From positions 1-64,000 of the IMG/VR virus record IMGVR_UViG_2695420662_000003: a stretch of 64,000 nucleotides of DNA; one strand, given 5' to 3'. Below the pieces are notes generated by a model, which did no database searches, was not told the DNA's origin, and worked only from the letters and a program-made list of their open reading frames with translations. Positions 31,170-41,724 of the stretch are shown piece after piece (within the stretch, counting starts at the first letter, position 1; each line of letters begins with the position of its first letter). Source of the stretch: a virus. Its lineage: Duplodnaviria > Caudoviricetes. The position numbers and the translations under genes are program-made.

Positions 31170-31685
31170 TTATTTACATGTATGATGTTTATCTGACTGT
31201 GTAACCTTGTCAAAAGATGCACATAACATATTTAGATATTCTACTGCATGTGATAAATCTTCTACACCTTCATTATATTTATCCGCTTTGAAATTATCTA
31301 TTGATTTAGTTATACTATCTTGATATTGATTCGCATAAGTTTCTATACTATTATCATACCCTGCTGCATTTAACCCTTTTACATTTAATAGTTGCAATGC
31401 TCTACCTCTTGCTCCTAATACTCTCTTATCCTTAATAAAGTCTTCTTTTTTTAGTTTAACTTCATTTACCAAAGGTTCTAAACTTTCCATAACCTCATCA
31501 ATTTCATATGTGTCTTTAATTAATCCTAAGTTACATTGATCTGATTCATCAATCTTAAATTCTGTATTTGGTAAATTCATACTTTCTAATTTATCTTTTT
31601 TAGTTTCCTCTTTAGTAGAATTACATCCTGTTAGAATTGCAGTAGTTGCAATAAGTGTGATTATTAATTTACTTACTCTTTTCAT
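31170..31685 (-). CDS. Lipoprotein
   Basis: Signal peptide with lipobox LTGC. Confidence 0.8.
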   Translation of the reverse strand: MKRVSKLIITLIATTAILTGCNSTKEETKKDKLESMNLPNTEFKIDESDQCNLGLIKDTYEIDEVMESLEPLVNEVKLKKEDFIKDKRVLGARGRALQLLNVKGLNAAGYDNSIETYANQYQDSITKSIDNFKADKYNEGVEDLSHAVEYLNMLCASFDKVTQSDKHHTCK

Positions 31686-31722
31686 ATAATAAAACCCCTT
31701 TTTATTTGATTTTCTTAATTTA

Positions 31723-31751
31723 AGTATATGATAAGTTCATACTTTTTGCAA
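31723..31751 (-). promoter_or_regulatory. sigmaA promoter with 15-bp operator
   Basis: TTGCAA-17-TATACT; TATGATAAGTTCATA at 31727-31741. Confidence 0.8.
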
Positions 31752-31763
31752 CTACTTTTTAGA

Positions 31764-32282
31764 TTATTTTTCCAAGATTCTTTCGACAATTTTTTTGCTT
31801 GCATATCTCAAATCGTCTAATGTATTATTTATTACTTCAAAATCAAACTCGAAATCTTCAAATCCTTGCTCTGACTTATCATTCTTAAGTTTTTCATCTA
31901 GTCCATTTTCAAAATTAGGTCTAGTTATATGTACGGTTATTATATCATTATTATCTTTGAAGTAGTCTAAACTTGATATATATCTCCAATCAGGAACGAT
32001 ATAGACATCTCTAATAAAGTCATTAATCATATTTTTCTTTTCCCAGAAGTAAGGATCATAATTATACCCTGTATCAGTTATATCTATTAATAGTTTTCTT
32101 CCTTTTTTATCCTTCTGTCCATCCCAATTATAAAAATTATAAGCCAAGTCTTTTACCGCTTTTGCATTATGACTAATAAGGCAACTTTTATTTATATCTT
32201 CCAATTCTTTATATATGTACGTTGCCAAAGTGTCTTTCCCATGCCTTGCTTTTGAGTTAATTAAAATTATTCGTTTTTTCAT
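31764..32282 (-). CDS. P-loop nucleotide monophosphate kinase-like protein (dNMP kinase)
   Basis: INSKARHGKDT P-loop, VPDWRY, ITRP, FEVINN. Confidence 0.75.
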   Translation of the reverse strand: MKKRIILINSKARHGKDTLATYIYKELEDINKSCLISHNAKAVKDLAYNFYNWDGQKDKKGRKLLIDITDTGYNYDPYFWEKKNMINDFIRDVYIVPDWRYISSLDYFKDNNDIITVHITRPNFENGLDEKLKNDKSEQGFEDFEFDFEVINNTLDDLRYASKKIVERILEK

Positions 32283-32283
32283 A

Positions 32284-32952
32284 TTAATATACCTCCACTT
32301 CAACCCCTCGCGCTCTTAATTTATCAACTACTTTATCCATTTCTTTTGTTTGTTTTATTATATTATAATCTAACGCAATATTGTTTAACTTATCTCTGTA
32401 ACATTGATTATTTATCATTAGTTCACATTTTTTACAATCATATGTACATTTTTCTATTTTGTGACTACCTATTTTTTCAAATAAAATACATATTTCATCT
32501 ATATATTTTGGCTTAGATTCTTCATATATCTCATATTCTGCATCTGTATTAAGGTCTACACCTTGCCTTCCTTGGCTAGATATAATCTTTCCGTCTACTT
32601 TTTCTAAATATACTCCTGAAGGCATTTTAACATCTCTTATTTTTACACCTTCATCTAATAATTTTAATGCTTCAAAAATATTCATATATTACTCCTCCTA
32701 TCTAAAAATTACTATATCTCTTATATCTTTATTAAAGTGTGCAGTAAGTTTTATCGCTCTCTCTACTAAATATTTATGCTCGTCTTTATAATAGCAATTT
32801 AAAACTCCATCCTCTTCTATTATCACCATATCTCTATCCTTACATATTTTATCTAACTCATCTTTCGTTGATCCATCAATGCTTTTTATTATTTTACCAT
32901 CTCTAACGTAAACTCTTGCTATTTCCATAAAAAATATATTATCTTTTCTCAT
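32284..32952 (-). other. Two hypothetical ORFs (32284-32685, 32698-32952)
   Basis: Co-oriented with RBS. Confidence 0.65.
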
Positions 32953-33005
32953 TATTCAATTCTCCCTCTCATATGTACTTAAGATTTGATTTATCTTATA
33001 CTTTA

Positions 33006-33034
33006 ATAATATATGAATTTATCATACCTGTCAA
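33006..33034 (-). promoter_or_regulatory. sigmaA promoter with 15-bp operator
   Basis: TTGACA-17-TATTAT; TATGAATTTATCATA at 33012-33026. Confidence 0.8.
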
Positions 33035-33042
33035 CAACTTTT

Positions 33043-36000
33043 TTAATTTATTTTTAAATAAGTTTCTAACCAAAATTCACAATCAGATAATTTTACCCAT
33101 TTACCATCTATTAATTTCTTCTTTGGTTTAGATACAATTTTTTCTATAATTACAGTATCGAATAATTCTAATTTATTTTCTCTAAATATAGGCTTGCTTA
33201 TCTTTAACGTAGATGTTTTTCCCGTTGCAATACAGTATAGGGTTACTTTAGGACTATATTTCGTATCAACATTAGTAACTACACATATACTCATATCAAC
33301 AGTATCATCCTTTAGTGTGCAATTACCCATATACTCCATATGTGCCTGTATTCTTTCACCTATAGGTATATCTTCGTCTTTTATAGACACCTCTATGTCA
33401 TTCATTATTTTATGATAATCTACCTCTTTTACTTGTTTTTCGCTCGCCTTTGCAGCATGAGGTAATATATAATCTATATATTCATTATCATATTTAAATG
33501 TCTTTTTTGTTGTTATAGTATTAAACGCATCAACTACCTTTATTAATTTGCTAGTTTTCCCAAACTCTTCAAAGAACCCTATTTTTATAAGTATATCTAA
33601 TTGTCTAGAGTTTATATGTCCTTTTATATCAAATAATAATTCCGAGAATGAATTATATTTATTTTCTCTAAGACTATATAAATAGTCTGCCACATCCGCA
33701 TTTAAGAATTTAATAGATTCTATTCCTTTGTATATAGAGTTTGTTTCTTTGTCCATAAAATATTCTGCTTTAGAATATCTGAATTTTGGATCTTTTATAT
33801 GTATTCCTATCTTACTATTATAAGCCTCTACATTTTGTATTTTATCTGGTTTATTTTTTCTAGTCCACACATTCAAAGAGGCTGTAGCAAATTCTAATTT
33901 ATAATAATGACGTAAGTATCCCGCTATATATCCAGTAAATGCATATGGTACGTTATGATTCTTAGAAAATCCATAATTACTTGCCGACTTAACTGTTTCT
34001 ATGAAGTCGTCTATTATATGTGCCGCCTGATCTTCATTTAAATTATATTTCTTAGGTGTATACCCTAAAAATCCCTCTCTAATTTCTTCTATATACTTTT
34101 CAGTACCTTCTTTTTTTCCTATTGCACGTCTTAAAATATCACTTCTCGCTTGAGAATATCCACAAAAGTCAACTAAGAATTGCATTATCTGCTCTTGGAG
34201 TAAACAGTATCCCAGAGTATCGCTTAACATATCATCTAAGTCTTTTATTCCACTCTCTCCACATATACCATTTGCAACTTCATTTCTTATATGTTCTCCA
34301 ACAGGTCTTATTGCTCCATTTATAAGCATAAACAAATCGAATTTTCTTATATTAGGATATCTCTTTTTAATTTTTTCTATTATATGTGGCCTCATGATAT
34401 CACCCAAATATGATTTAGCCATATCTGACTCAAATTGAAATATAGATGTAGTATCCTCTATTATACTATCCCATACGTCATCATCAAATATATCAACTGT
34501 ATCAGGTGTAATTCTTGGTATATTTGCAAGCTTACAAGTTTCATTTATTATAGATATTGTATCTAATCCTAGTATATCTAATTTTACAAACCCCAAAGAT
34601 TCAACCTCTTTCATATCTAATACAGATACAGGTCTACTATTATCCTTAAGCATACATGTTCCAATATTATTCTCCAATGGTATTGGAGATACGATAACCC
34701 CCGCTGGATGAGAACCTATACTTACTACTGTTCCATTTATTATATCTACATATTCAAACAATTCTGGATGCTGCTCTCTTGCTATATGCTCTTTATTTTC
34801 ATCTGTCATTTTTACTATTTCATCTATAACTGAAGAATTGTATCTATCCGGGTATTCTTTTATGAATACTCTACCCACATCCCTAATAGAACCTTTTAAT
34901 GCAATCGTATTAAATGTAATAATATCCGATATGTATAATCCTTCCATTTTGTATATATAATCTCTAACCCACTCTCTATCAATATCTGAATGATCGCCGT
35001 CTATATCGGCCATCGAAACCCTATCCGGATTCATAAAGCGATAGAAATTTAATCCATGTACTATTGCATCAACTTCAACTATGCCTAATATATATGCTAT
35101 GATTGATCCATTAACCGAACCTCTTCCATATCCAAATTCAACTCCACCTTTATCTTTTGCATCTGATGATATTTTTTCTTGTAGCAACATATAATTTATA
35201 GAATCTGTTTTTATATATGTATCCAACTCTTCTCTAATTCTAGGTATATATTCGGTTTCGTAATTATCATACTTATATATACCCCTTCTTATAACGCCCT
35301 CTTGTATTTTTTGTTTAAATATCTCTAATGGATTATCATATAATTGAGGATATTTAACAGAGTTATCTATCTCATACTCTTCAACCATATTTGCTATAAC
35401 ATTTGTATTTTCTATTGCCTCCAACACTACATCCATAGGTAGTCCGTTATTATGTGATTTATAACATTCAACTAATTCATTATAAGTTTTAAATGTCAAA
35501 TCCCACCCATCTTCATTATCAAAATGTATATTTTTGGACTGTTGTAATATATTTCTACCCTTTACATGTTTTTCATCTAGTGCATGCGTATCTGTTCCAG
35601 CACTTAGTCTTATATTGTACTTTTTACTAAGTTCATATAACTCATTATTGAATAAGTTTTGATCTATAACATTATGATGTTGTATCTCTAAAAAACATCT
35701 ATCTTTATTTTCACTCATAAACAATAGAAATTTCTCTTTTAGTTCTTTGCTGCCTCTATTAATAATATTCCCTAAACACGCAGATGTAATTATTATATTA
35801 TTACTTGTATTTAACAAGTCGTCAAATGTTATTCTAGGTGCATAATGAAAATTATTACTATTTCTATTATATGCATTTTTATCTGATAGTAAACTATTTA
35901 ACTCTAAATACCCATCGTAGTTTTTTGCATATAAGCAGCAATGATAGTTATCTCTAATTTTTTCATTAAGTGTTTCAGTTATATAGCATTCTACCCCATG

Positions 36001-36204
36001 TATATACTTTATTCCTAATTTCTTGCATAAGTTTCTTTTTTTAATATGATTAAATATATTACCGTGTTCAGTAAAAGCTATAGCTTTCATACCACATTCT
36101 TTGGCTTTATATATGTACTCTTCGTATTTTGTTACACTATCTATATTTGTAGTTGCATTTGATAGCATGCTATGTAAATGTAATACTGTATAATTCTTTT
36201 CCAT
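33043..36204 (-). CDS. dnaE: DNA polymerase III alpha subunit (family C)
   Basis: PHP domain LHLHS..FTEHG, GRGS, RFMNPDR.SMADIDGD, HPAG, KLDILGL, LQEQIM. Confidence 0.96.
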   Translation of the reverse strand: MEKNYTVLHLHSMLSNATTNIDSVTKYEEYIYKAKECGMKAIAFTEHGNIFNHIKKRNLCKKLGIKYIHGVECYITETLNEKIRDNYHCCLYAKNYDGYLELNSLLSDKNAYNRNSNNFHYAPRITFDDLLNTSNNIIITSACLGNIINRGSKELKEKFLLFMSENKDRCFLEIQHHNVIDQNLFNNELYELSKKYNIRLSAGTDTHALDEKHVKGRNILQQSKNIHFDNEDGWDLTFKTYNELVECYKSHNNGLPMDVVLEAIENTNVIANMVEEYEIDNSVKYPQLYDNPLEIFKQKIQEGVIRRGIYKYDNYETEYIPRIREELDTYIKTDSINYMLLQEKISSDAKDKGGVEFGYGRGSVNGSIIAYILGIVEVDAIVHGLNFYRFMNPDRVSMADIDGDHSDIDREWVRDYIYKMEGLYISDIITFNTIALKGSIRDVGRVFIKEYPDRYNSSVIDEIVKMTDENKEHIAREQHPELFEYVDIINGTVVSIGSHPAGVIVSPIPLENNIGTCMLKDNSRPVSVLDMKEVESLGFVKLDILGLDTISIINETCKLANIPRITPDTVDIFDDDVWDSIIEDTTSIFQFESDMAKSYLGDIMRPHIIEKIKKRYPNIRKFDLFMLINGAIRPVGEHIRNEVANGICGESGIKDLDDMLSDTLGYCLLQEQIMQFLVDFCGYSQARSDILRRAIGKKEGTEKYIEEIREGFLGYTPKKYNLNEDQAAHIIDDFIETVKSASNYGFSKNHNVPYAFTGYIAGYLRHYYKLEFATASLNVWTRKNKPDKIQNVEAYNSKIGIHIKDPKFRYSKAEYFMDKETNSIYKGIESIKFLNADVADYLYSLRENKYNSFSELLFDIKGHINSRQLDILIKIGFFEEFGKTSKLIKVVDAFNTITTKKTFKYDNEYIDYILPHAAKASEKQVKEVDYHKIMNDIEVSIKDEDIPIGERIQAHMEYMGNCTLKDDTVDMSICVVTNVDTKYSPKVTLYCIATGKTSTLKISKPIFRENKLELFDTVIIEKIVSKPKKKLIDGKWVKLSDCEFWLETYLKIN

Positions 36205-36228
36205 ATTTAATCTCCCTATAATCTTAAT

Positions 36229-36402
36229 TTACTTATCATTCATTCTATTATACTTACATAAAGTAAATATATGTTCTCCGTTATCTAGACATTTATATTT
36301 TGTTTCACTCACATACGATCTATAAGTTTCTCTTATTGATGCACCTATTATTTGAAGTCTTTTAGATGCACAATAAGGGCATTTTATTCTATCATTCTCC
36401 AT
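36229..36402 (-). CDS. Small zinc-ribbon-like protein (57 aa, below ORF-track cutoff)
   Basis: Manual translation MENDRIKCPYCASK..YKCLDNGEH.. Confidence 0.55.
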   Translation of the reverse strand: MENDRIKCPYCASKRLQIIGASIRETYRSYVSETKYKCLDNGEHIFTLCKYNRMNDK

Positions 36403-36601
36403 GTTCTAATATCTCCTTCTCATTACAATCTTTACAATCTATAAAACTAACTAAGAAATTCCCCTCTTCATCAAATCTATGTACTATCTCAGCATTTATA
36501 CTCTCGCATCTCAAGCATTTTATCTCAAATTTCATAATTATCCTCTCCTTAATAATTATTTCTTCTTCCAATGTTTGCAATGTTTCTTTGAGAATGCACA
36601 A
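36392..36601 (-). CDS. Small zinc-ribbon protein
   Basis: CLRC..CKDC; true start probably MKFEIK. Confidence 0.55.
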   Translation of the reverse strand: MCILKETLQTLEEEIIIKERIIMKFEIKCLRCESINAEIVHRFDEEGNFLVSFIDCKDCNEKEILEHGE

Positions 36602-37563
36602 AGATTCTTACAGTAAAACTCATTTATATTACATTCCCACTCATTTATATTCTTCACATCTGTATTTTCTATATTTTCAATTGTATTTAATATGTACTCC
36701 ATGCATTCATCTTTTACTTCTTGTGTAACATCATATTTACACACATATGTACTTATCGCCACCTGATTTCTTATTTTTTCAGGCAATATATCTATATTAT
36801 TTACTGCCCCACATTTTGCTAACATAGCATCTATCATTATAGATTCTATTCCTTCTTTTTTTAATAATGCCTTTAATTGAACTTTAGATTTTGAAACCCA
36901 TTCCCTTGCAGATACTATCTTAGGTTTATTACTACCTATTTGGATTTGGAAATATTTCGTCATCTCCCAAGCATTTTCAACTACCTCCAAGTTATATAAT
37001 TGCTCTAAGGCCATTTGATAAACACATAATTGTCTTCCGGCATCTATTATTTTTTTCTTGTCAAATTTTGAAGATGTCTTAAAATCAATAACCTTAACTT
37101 TATTATCATCTATTTTTTCTATAAGATCTATATACCCCGTCATATATTTTTTATCATCTAATTTAAATATAAACCCCATTTCTGATATACACTCATTTTC
37201 TCTTTTCTTATAGTATTTATAGAATTCGTCTATATCTTTTTTATAATTATTTTCTACGTTCTCACTCATGAATTTCACGCCAAATAATTTACTTTTCATC
37301 CATTCCTCATCAAAACATTTTCTTTCTAGAACATCCGTTTTACCTTCATAATATCTTTCTAGATCTGAATGTACCCCACTCCCTAACAATGAATAAATAT
37401 TATTATCTTGTTCTTTCTTTTTTATATATGTATAGTAATATGCACGTTTACAGTTATTAAAGTTATTTAATCTTGATATAGAGTAGAATTTTACATCTTC
37501 TCCATATATTGATTTTATTTTATTTATTTCATCCGACATTGTTTCCCTTGTAATTATTTTCAC
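36556..37563 (-). CDS. PD-(D/E)XK (RecB/Cas4-like) exonuclease
   Basis: YSISRL..CKRAYY, GYIDL, IDFKTS, QLCVY, C-terminal Cys cluster. Confidence 0.88.
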   Translation of the reverse strand: MKIITRETMSDEINKIKSIYGEDVKFYSISRLNNFNNCKRAYYYTYIKKKEQDNNIYSLLGSGVHSDLERYYEGKTDVLERKCFDEEWMKSKLFGVKFMSENVENNYKKDIDEFYKYYKKRENECISEMGFIFKLDDKKYMTGYIDLIEKIDDNKVKVIDFKTSSKFDKKKIIDAGRQLCVYQMALEQLYNLEVVENAWEMTKYFQIQIGSNKPKIVSAREWVSKSKVQLKALLKKEGIESIMIDAMLAKCGAVNNIDILPEKIRNQVAISTYVCKYDVTQEVKDECMEYILNTIENIENTDVKNINEWECNINEFYCKNLCAFSKKHCKHWKKK

Positions 37564-38576
37564 TAAACCACCTCAATTAAGTATTCACTTAGTATTTTTT
37601 GTATCTCATCTATATTCATATCTAATAAAGATATTTTTTTCTCTTTTACATATTCATTATTCATATCAACTATCCAAACTTTGTTTTTTAAGAATGGATT
37701 ATCTATTAATACTTTCTTTGCCTCTTTTTTACAATGTTCTAAAGTTATTCCTTCATCTAATGCTAATATTACATTTGCAAATGTACTTTTTATTAACTTC
37801 GCCTGTCTTGGTTTTATACTGTTCCCGCCCAATGCAACCACATTATTTAAATTTATATCTCTACCTTTTAATACTGATTTTTCCGATTCACATATTATTA
37901 TTGTGTTAGTATTTAATATATTTTTATAATTTTGATAAAATCCATATAAGAATTTACCTTTTTCAAAGTTTAATACTGGTAAATATTTATAGTTAGTCTC
38001 TATTCCTGTTAAATCTCTTGCCATACGCCCCATTACACCAGCGAGTTTACCATCGTCTGACAACCAAGGAATCGTTATTCTATCTGTCCATATATCGTAA
38101 CCTATCAAGAAATCTTCTTGTGTCTTTCCAGATATTCCATCCTCCATAAATAATTTACATGCTGCAACTCCAAATTCATCCAAATTTGCTTTGGGATATG
38201 TTCTCAATGGTTTATCTTCTAATTCTCTAATTTTTGATATATTCTTATAGAATCCTCCGAATGGAGGTTTGACTTCAACCCTTTTGTAACTTTTATCTAT
38301 CCCTAACTCGTCTGCTAAATATCTAATTGCTTTACCTATGGATATATTTTTGATTTCAGATATAAGTGTTATAATATCCCCTTGCGTATCGTGTGAAAAG
38401 GAATTATAACCTAATGTGTCTATTCTAATTACATTCCCTGTTCCCGATCCTTCATCATCTCTCCCAAAACGTATCTGATTGCTATTTGGTTTTATATATG
38501 TACATCCTATTTTTCCAAGGATTTCAATTATCCTATCTTTATCATTTTTTAGACTATCTTTTATTTTTGTTATCAT
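37563..38576 (-). CDS. DNA primase (TOPRIM)
   Basis: RITIPW, GVMGR, LYG, ICESEKSV, ALGG, LALDEG. Confidence 0.85.
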   Translation of the reverse strand: MITKIKDSLKNDKDRIIEILGKIGCTYIKPNSNQIRFGRDDEGSGTGNVIRIDTLGYNSFSHDTQGDIITLISEIKNISIGKAIRYLADELGIDKSYKRVEVKPPFGGFYKNISKIRELEDKPLRTYPKANLDEFGVAACKLFMEDGISGKTQEDFLIGYDIWTDRITIPWLSDDGKLAGVMGRMARDLTGIETNYKYLPVLNFEKGKFLYGFYQNYKNILNTNTIIICESEKSVLKGRDINLNNVVALGGNSIKPRQAKLIKSTFANVILALDEGITLEHCKKEAKKVLIDNPFLKNKVWIVDMNNEYVKEKKISLLDMNIDEIQKILSEYLIEVV

Positions 38577-38591
38577 GAGGATAAATCCTCC

Positions 38592-39701
38592 TTAATTCGT
38601 TATTCCATATTTCTCAAATAAATGCTTTTGTGGAGCAAATTCTTTGAAATACTTATTTTCGGCTTTCAACCTGGCAACTATAGCATCATTCTTATCTTTA
38701 TATGTGCCAAGTCTATATATTTTATTATTACATCGTATGTACGAACTCCATTTTTCACAATCTTTTCTATAACAGACGCCTGTAATTCCGCTAGTGTTAC
38801 TTTTTCTTAATCCAACGTTTTTGACATTATCACTCTGTTTTACTACTCTTAAATTCTCTTTTCTATTATCATACTTAACTCTATTTATATGGTCTATTAC
38901 GTAACCATCTTTTGTCTGCATTATAAGATTATGCATCTTTACCTTTTCGCCAAAACTTACAGATTCAACATATTCCTCTTTGTAGTGCCATGTATAATCT
39001 TTTATTTTATCGTAATCTTCTTTATCAAAGTAGAATGGTTGATTTTTATTAGTGTATCCGATTCCATATTCATTTGTTAGATCATATGTATTATTGTTAT
39101 TTCTTCTATCTATTTCCTTAAGTATGCATCCGCAAGATATAACTGATTTAGTTTTTAATCGATGCGAACTTACAACGCTATTCTCACCACATTCACATTT
39201 ACAATTCCAGTAATAATGTCCTTGATTATCTTTATGACTTAATCCAACTACTGTTAATCTATTTACTACTTTGCCTATAAAATCTTCAAATTCATTTTGA
39301 AGGCAACCACATGATTTCGAAGTTCCTTTATTTAAAGAGTTTAAATAATAACTCTTTATTTCACTACATTCACACCTACAAAGTAATTTTCTATGTTTTG
39401 TCGAACTATCATCCGCCTCTTTTATCACTGTAAGTCTTCCAAATTTTAAACCTATGTAATCCTCTATATTGAAAGGTTTAGATTTAAACCCTGTACAATC
39501 TGTACATAAAACCGAATTTCTTCTTTTGATATTATCCCAACTTCTACTCTCTATTATATTTCCACACCTACATATCCATTTATGAGGATGTCTTACGTTC
39601 AAATACATATCATCATACAGTTTTAAATTATATTCTGATAATAGCTTATTAACTTCTGTATTTGTCATGTTAGGTTTAATTTTTACATCTTTCAATTTCA
39701 A
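38592..39701 (-). CDS. HNH/AP2 homing endonuclease between helicase and primase
   Basis: FGRLTV..CRCEC, KSCGC repeats; IDHINRVKYDNRKENLR HNH; NTSGITGV..LGTY AP2 domain. Confidence 0.88.
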   Translation of the reverse strand: MKLKDVKIKPNMTNTEVNKLLSEYNLKLYDDMYLNVRHPHKWICRCGNIIESRSWDNIKRRNSVLCTDCTGFKSKPFNIEDYIGLKFGRLTVIKEADDSSTKHRKLLCRCECSEIKSYYLNSLNKGTSKSCGCLQNEFEDFIGKVVNRLTVVGLSHKDNQGHYYWNCKCECGENSVVSSHRLKTKSVISCGCILKEIDRRNNNNTYDLTNEYGIGYTNKNQPFYFDKEDYDKIKDYTWHYKEEYVESVSFGEKVKMHNLIMQTKDGYVIDHINRVKYDNRKENLRVVKQSDNVKNVGLRKSNTSGITGVCYRKDCEKWSSYIRCNNKIYRLGTYKDKNDAIVARLKAENKYFKEFAPQKHLFEKYGITN

Positions 39702-39703
39702 GA

Positions 39704-41137
39704 TTATTTTCCCCCAAATCCATCATACTGTATTGAAGTGAAACCTACTTCGTAATATTGATTAAAACTCATATTCTTCTCATAAACAAGTTGAACATTA
39801 CTCTCCCCAAATCTATTTTTTGCCACAAAAAGAACGATGTAATCTTTATCTTTGTCTAACTTTATTATTTCATTCTTGTTAGTAAGTTTTCCTGTATTTT
39901 CATCTCTTTTCTTTTTCCATACTTTTAAATTTTCCTTTTCCTGATCTTTAATATCTCTAAACATAAGTATCTGAGCTGCTACCTCTGCAATGGCCCTTGA
40001 TTTTCCTATACTATTTATATCTAAATATTTTTTACCATAACTATTCGTTGCTAACTGTGCCGTACATAACAATGCTACGTCACACTGCTTTGCCAACAAG
40101 AATAATTCTTTACTTGTCTCCGAGAACTCAGCCCAAGATTTATCAGATGTCTCATCTGTAGGTTTTAATGTATCAACTAACATTGTATTAAATCCTATTT
40201 TGCTATATTTTTTTATTATACGTCTTATATTATCTATATTATAATCTTTCATTTCAACAAATGTTAGGTTGCCAGAATACTGTTCTAACCACTTAGAACT
40301 CTCTCTTAATGCCTCTCTATCTTTTTCACTAAAGTTACCATATAGAAACTTCTGTCTATTCATTCCATAATATTTAATTCTATTAAACATTACTGTGGCT
40401 AACAACATTTGTCTCCACTCCATCTCGTCTTGTTCATTGGCCATTATAACCATTTTCTCCCCACTTTCAATTATAGGTAATACTGCCAAAGGTAATGCGA
40501 ATGAAGTTTTCCCGCCTCCAGAAAAAGCTAATAATAAATTCAATGTGCCTCTATGTAATCCGGCCAGAGTATAATTTATTATTGGAAATCCCAATTTATA
40601 ACCTATTGCATTACCAAGATTCCACTCTTCTATAGCTTTATCATATCCTGTGGTTAAATCTATCTCTTTTATTCTTCCACTTACACATTTCAGCATTGTA
40701 TTTGTTGCCTTATAAATTATGTAATCTTCAACTTGTATTGATGTCATTTGTGTAAGTTTATCAAATAGTTTGTCTGATTTAAGTATACCTTCCGTTTCAT
40801 AATATTTTATTAAATTCCATTTTCTCCAATCGTCAACTATCATATCTGCATTTCTTATGTCTACGATGCTCATTAATTCCTTTATTGTAGAATATCCACC
40901 CATTCTCTCATATGTATCATTTAAATTTAAATCATTTACCTCATTAATAAAACTTACCTCATCTACTACTTCTATTCCTTTTTCTAAGAGTCTATTAACT
41001 ATACCTACATAAAATAAAGCCTCAGGACTTAATAATTCTTTGTTTATATCATAATCTTGATATAATTCTGGTTTTTTTAATATTAATCCAGAAAGCAAAC
41101 CTTCTGATCTCATAAGTCTCTCTTGTAATCTATCCAT
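39704..41137 (-). CDS. dnaB: Replicative DnaB-like helicase
   Basis: AFSGGGKTS Walker A, LVDTLK, TAQL, AKNRFG. Confidence 0.9.
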   Translation of the reverse strand: MDRLQERLMRSEGLLSGLILKKPELYQDYDINKELLSPEALFYVGIVNRLLEKGIEVVDEVSFINEVNDLNLNDTYERMGGYSTIKELMSIVDIRNADMIVDDWRKWNLIKYYETEGILKSDKLFDKLTQMTSIQVEDYIIYKATNTMLKCVSGRIKEIDLTTGYDKAIEEWNLGNAIGYKLGFPIINYTLAGLHRGTLNLLLAFSGGGKTSFALPLAVLPIIESGEKMVIMANEQDEMEWRQMLLATVMFNRIKYYGMNRQKFLYGNFSEKDREALRESSKWLEQYSGNLTFVEMKDYNIDNIRRIIKKYSKIGFNTMLVDTLKPTDETSDKSWAEFSETSKELFLLAKQCDVALLCTAQLATNSYGKKYLDINSIGKSRAIAEVAAQILMFRDIKDQEKENLKVWKKKRDENTGKLTNKNEIIKLDKDKDYIVLFVAKNRFGESNVQLVYEKNMSFNQYYEVGFTSIQYDGFGGK

Positions 41138-41146
41138 ATATACCCC

Positions 41147-41668
41147 CTAGTCTAAAAATTGCGATATATCGTTACTTTTTCTTTTTGTCGATATAGGCAT
41201 ATCATTCATTATATCTATATTAATCTCGTTATTTTCAACCTTATTAAACAATCTACTTATTTCTTCTAATTCTTTCATATGTACTTTTTTAATATCTTCT
41301 ATATTATTTAAAATTATTGCTAAAACATATCTAAATTTATTATATTCATTACTAAATTCTTTGTTATTCACAGCCCATCTAATATCCTCTTCTTTGGTCT
41401 TAAATGTTTTTGTTATTACTACATACTCATAATATTCTCTTACGGTTTTTAATTGTTTTATCATTCCCGGTGTTACCAAAGGTATATTTAAAATATCTTT
41501 TATAACTTCATAACACTTATCTCTTTGAATTATTTCGTCTTGTTGTTTATCATATTCTTCTTCGCTACAATAATATAAATTTACCCTTTTAGATTTCTGC
41601 TCTTTTACTATTTTATAAGCACTATCTCTTTCAATCTTACTCCCACATATTTTACATTTTACTTTCAT
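41147..41668 (-). CDS. Hypothetical replication-region protein with N-terminal zinc finger
   Basis: VKCKICG..YYCS; directly upstream of helicase. Confidence 0.65.
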   Translation of the reverse strand: MKVKCKICGSKIERDSAYKIVKEQKSKRVNLYYCSEEEYDKQQDEIIQRDKCYEVIKDILNIPLVTPGMIKQLKTVREYYEYVVITKTFKTKEEDIRWAVNNKEFSNEYNKFRYVLAIILNNIEDIKKVHMKELEEISRLFNKVENNEINIDIMNDMPISTKRKSNDISQFLD

Positions 41669-41724
41669 TTTTAATCTCCCTTAAAAGTTAAGGTGGAATA
41701 TTTCTACTCCACCCTCATATGTAA

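Noticed and set aside
36556-37563. Cas4-like nuclease as a CRISPR-Cas locus
   Set aside because: No repeat-spacer array or other cas genes; sits in the replication operon
26517-41137. Introns or inteins in nrdD, dnaE and dnaB
   Set aside because: ORFs are continuous, of normal length, with no intein motifs seen
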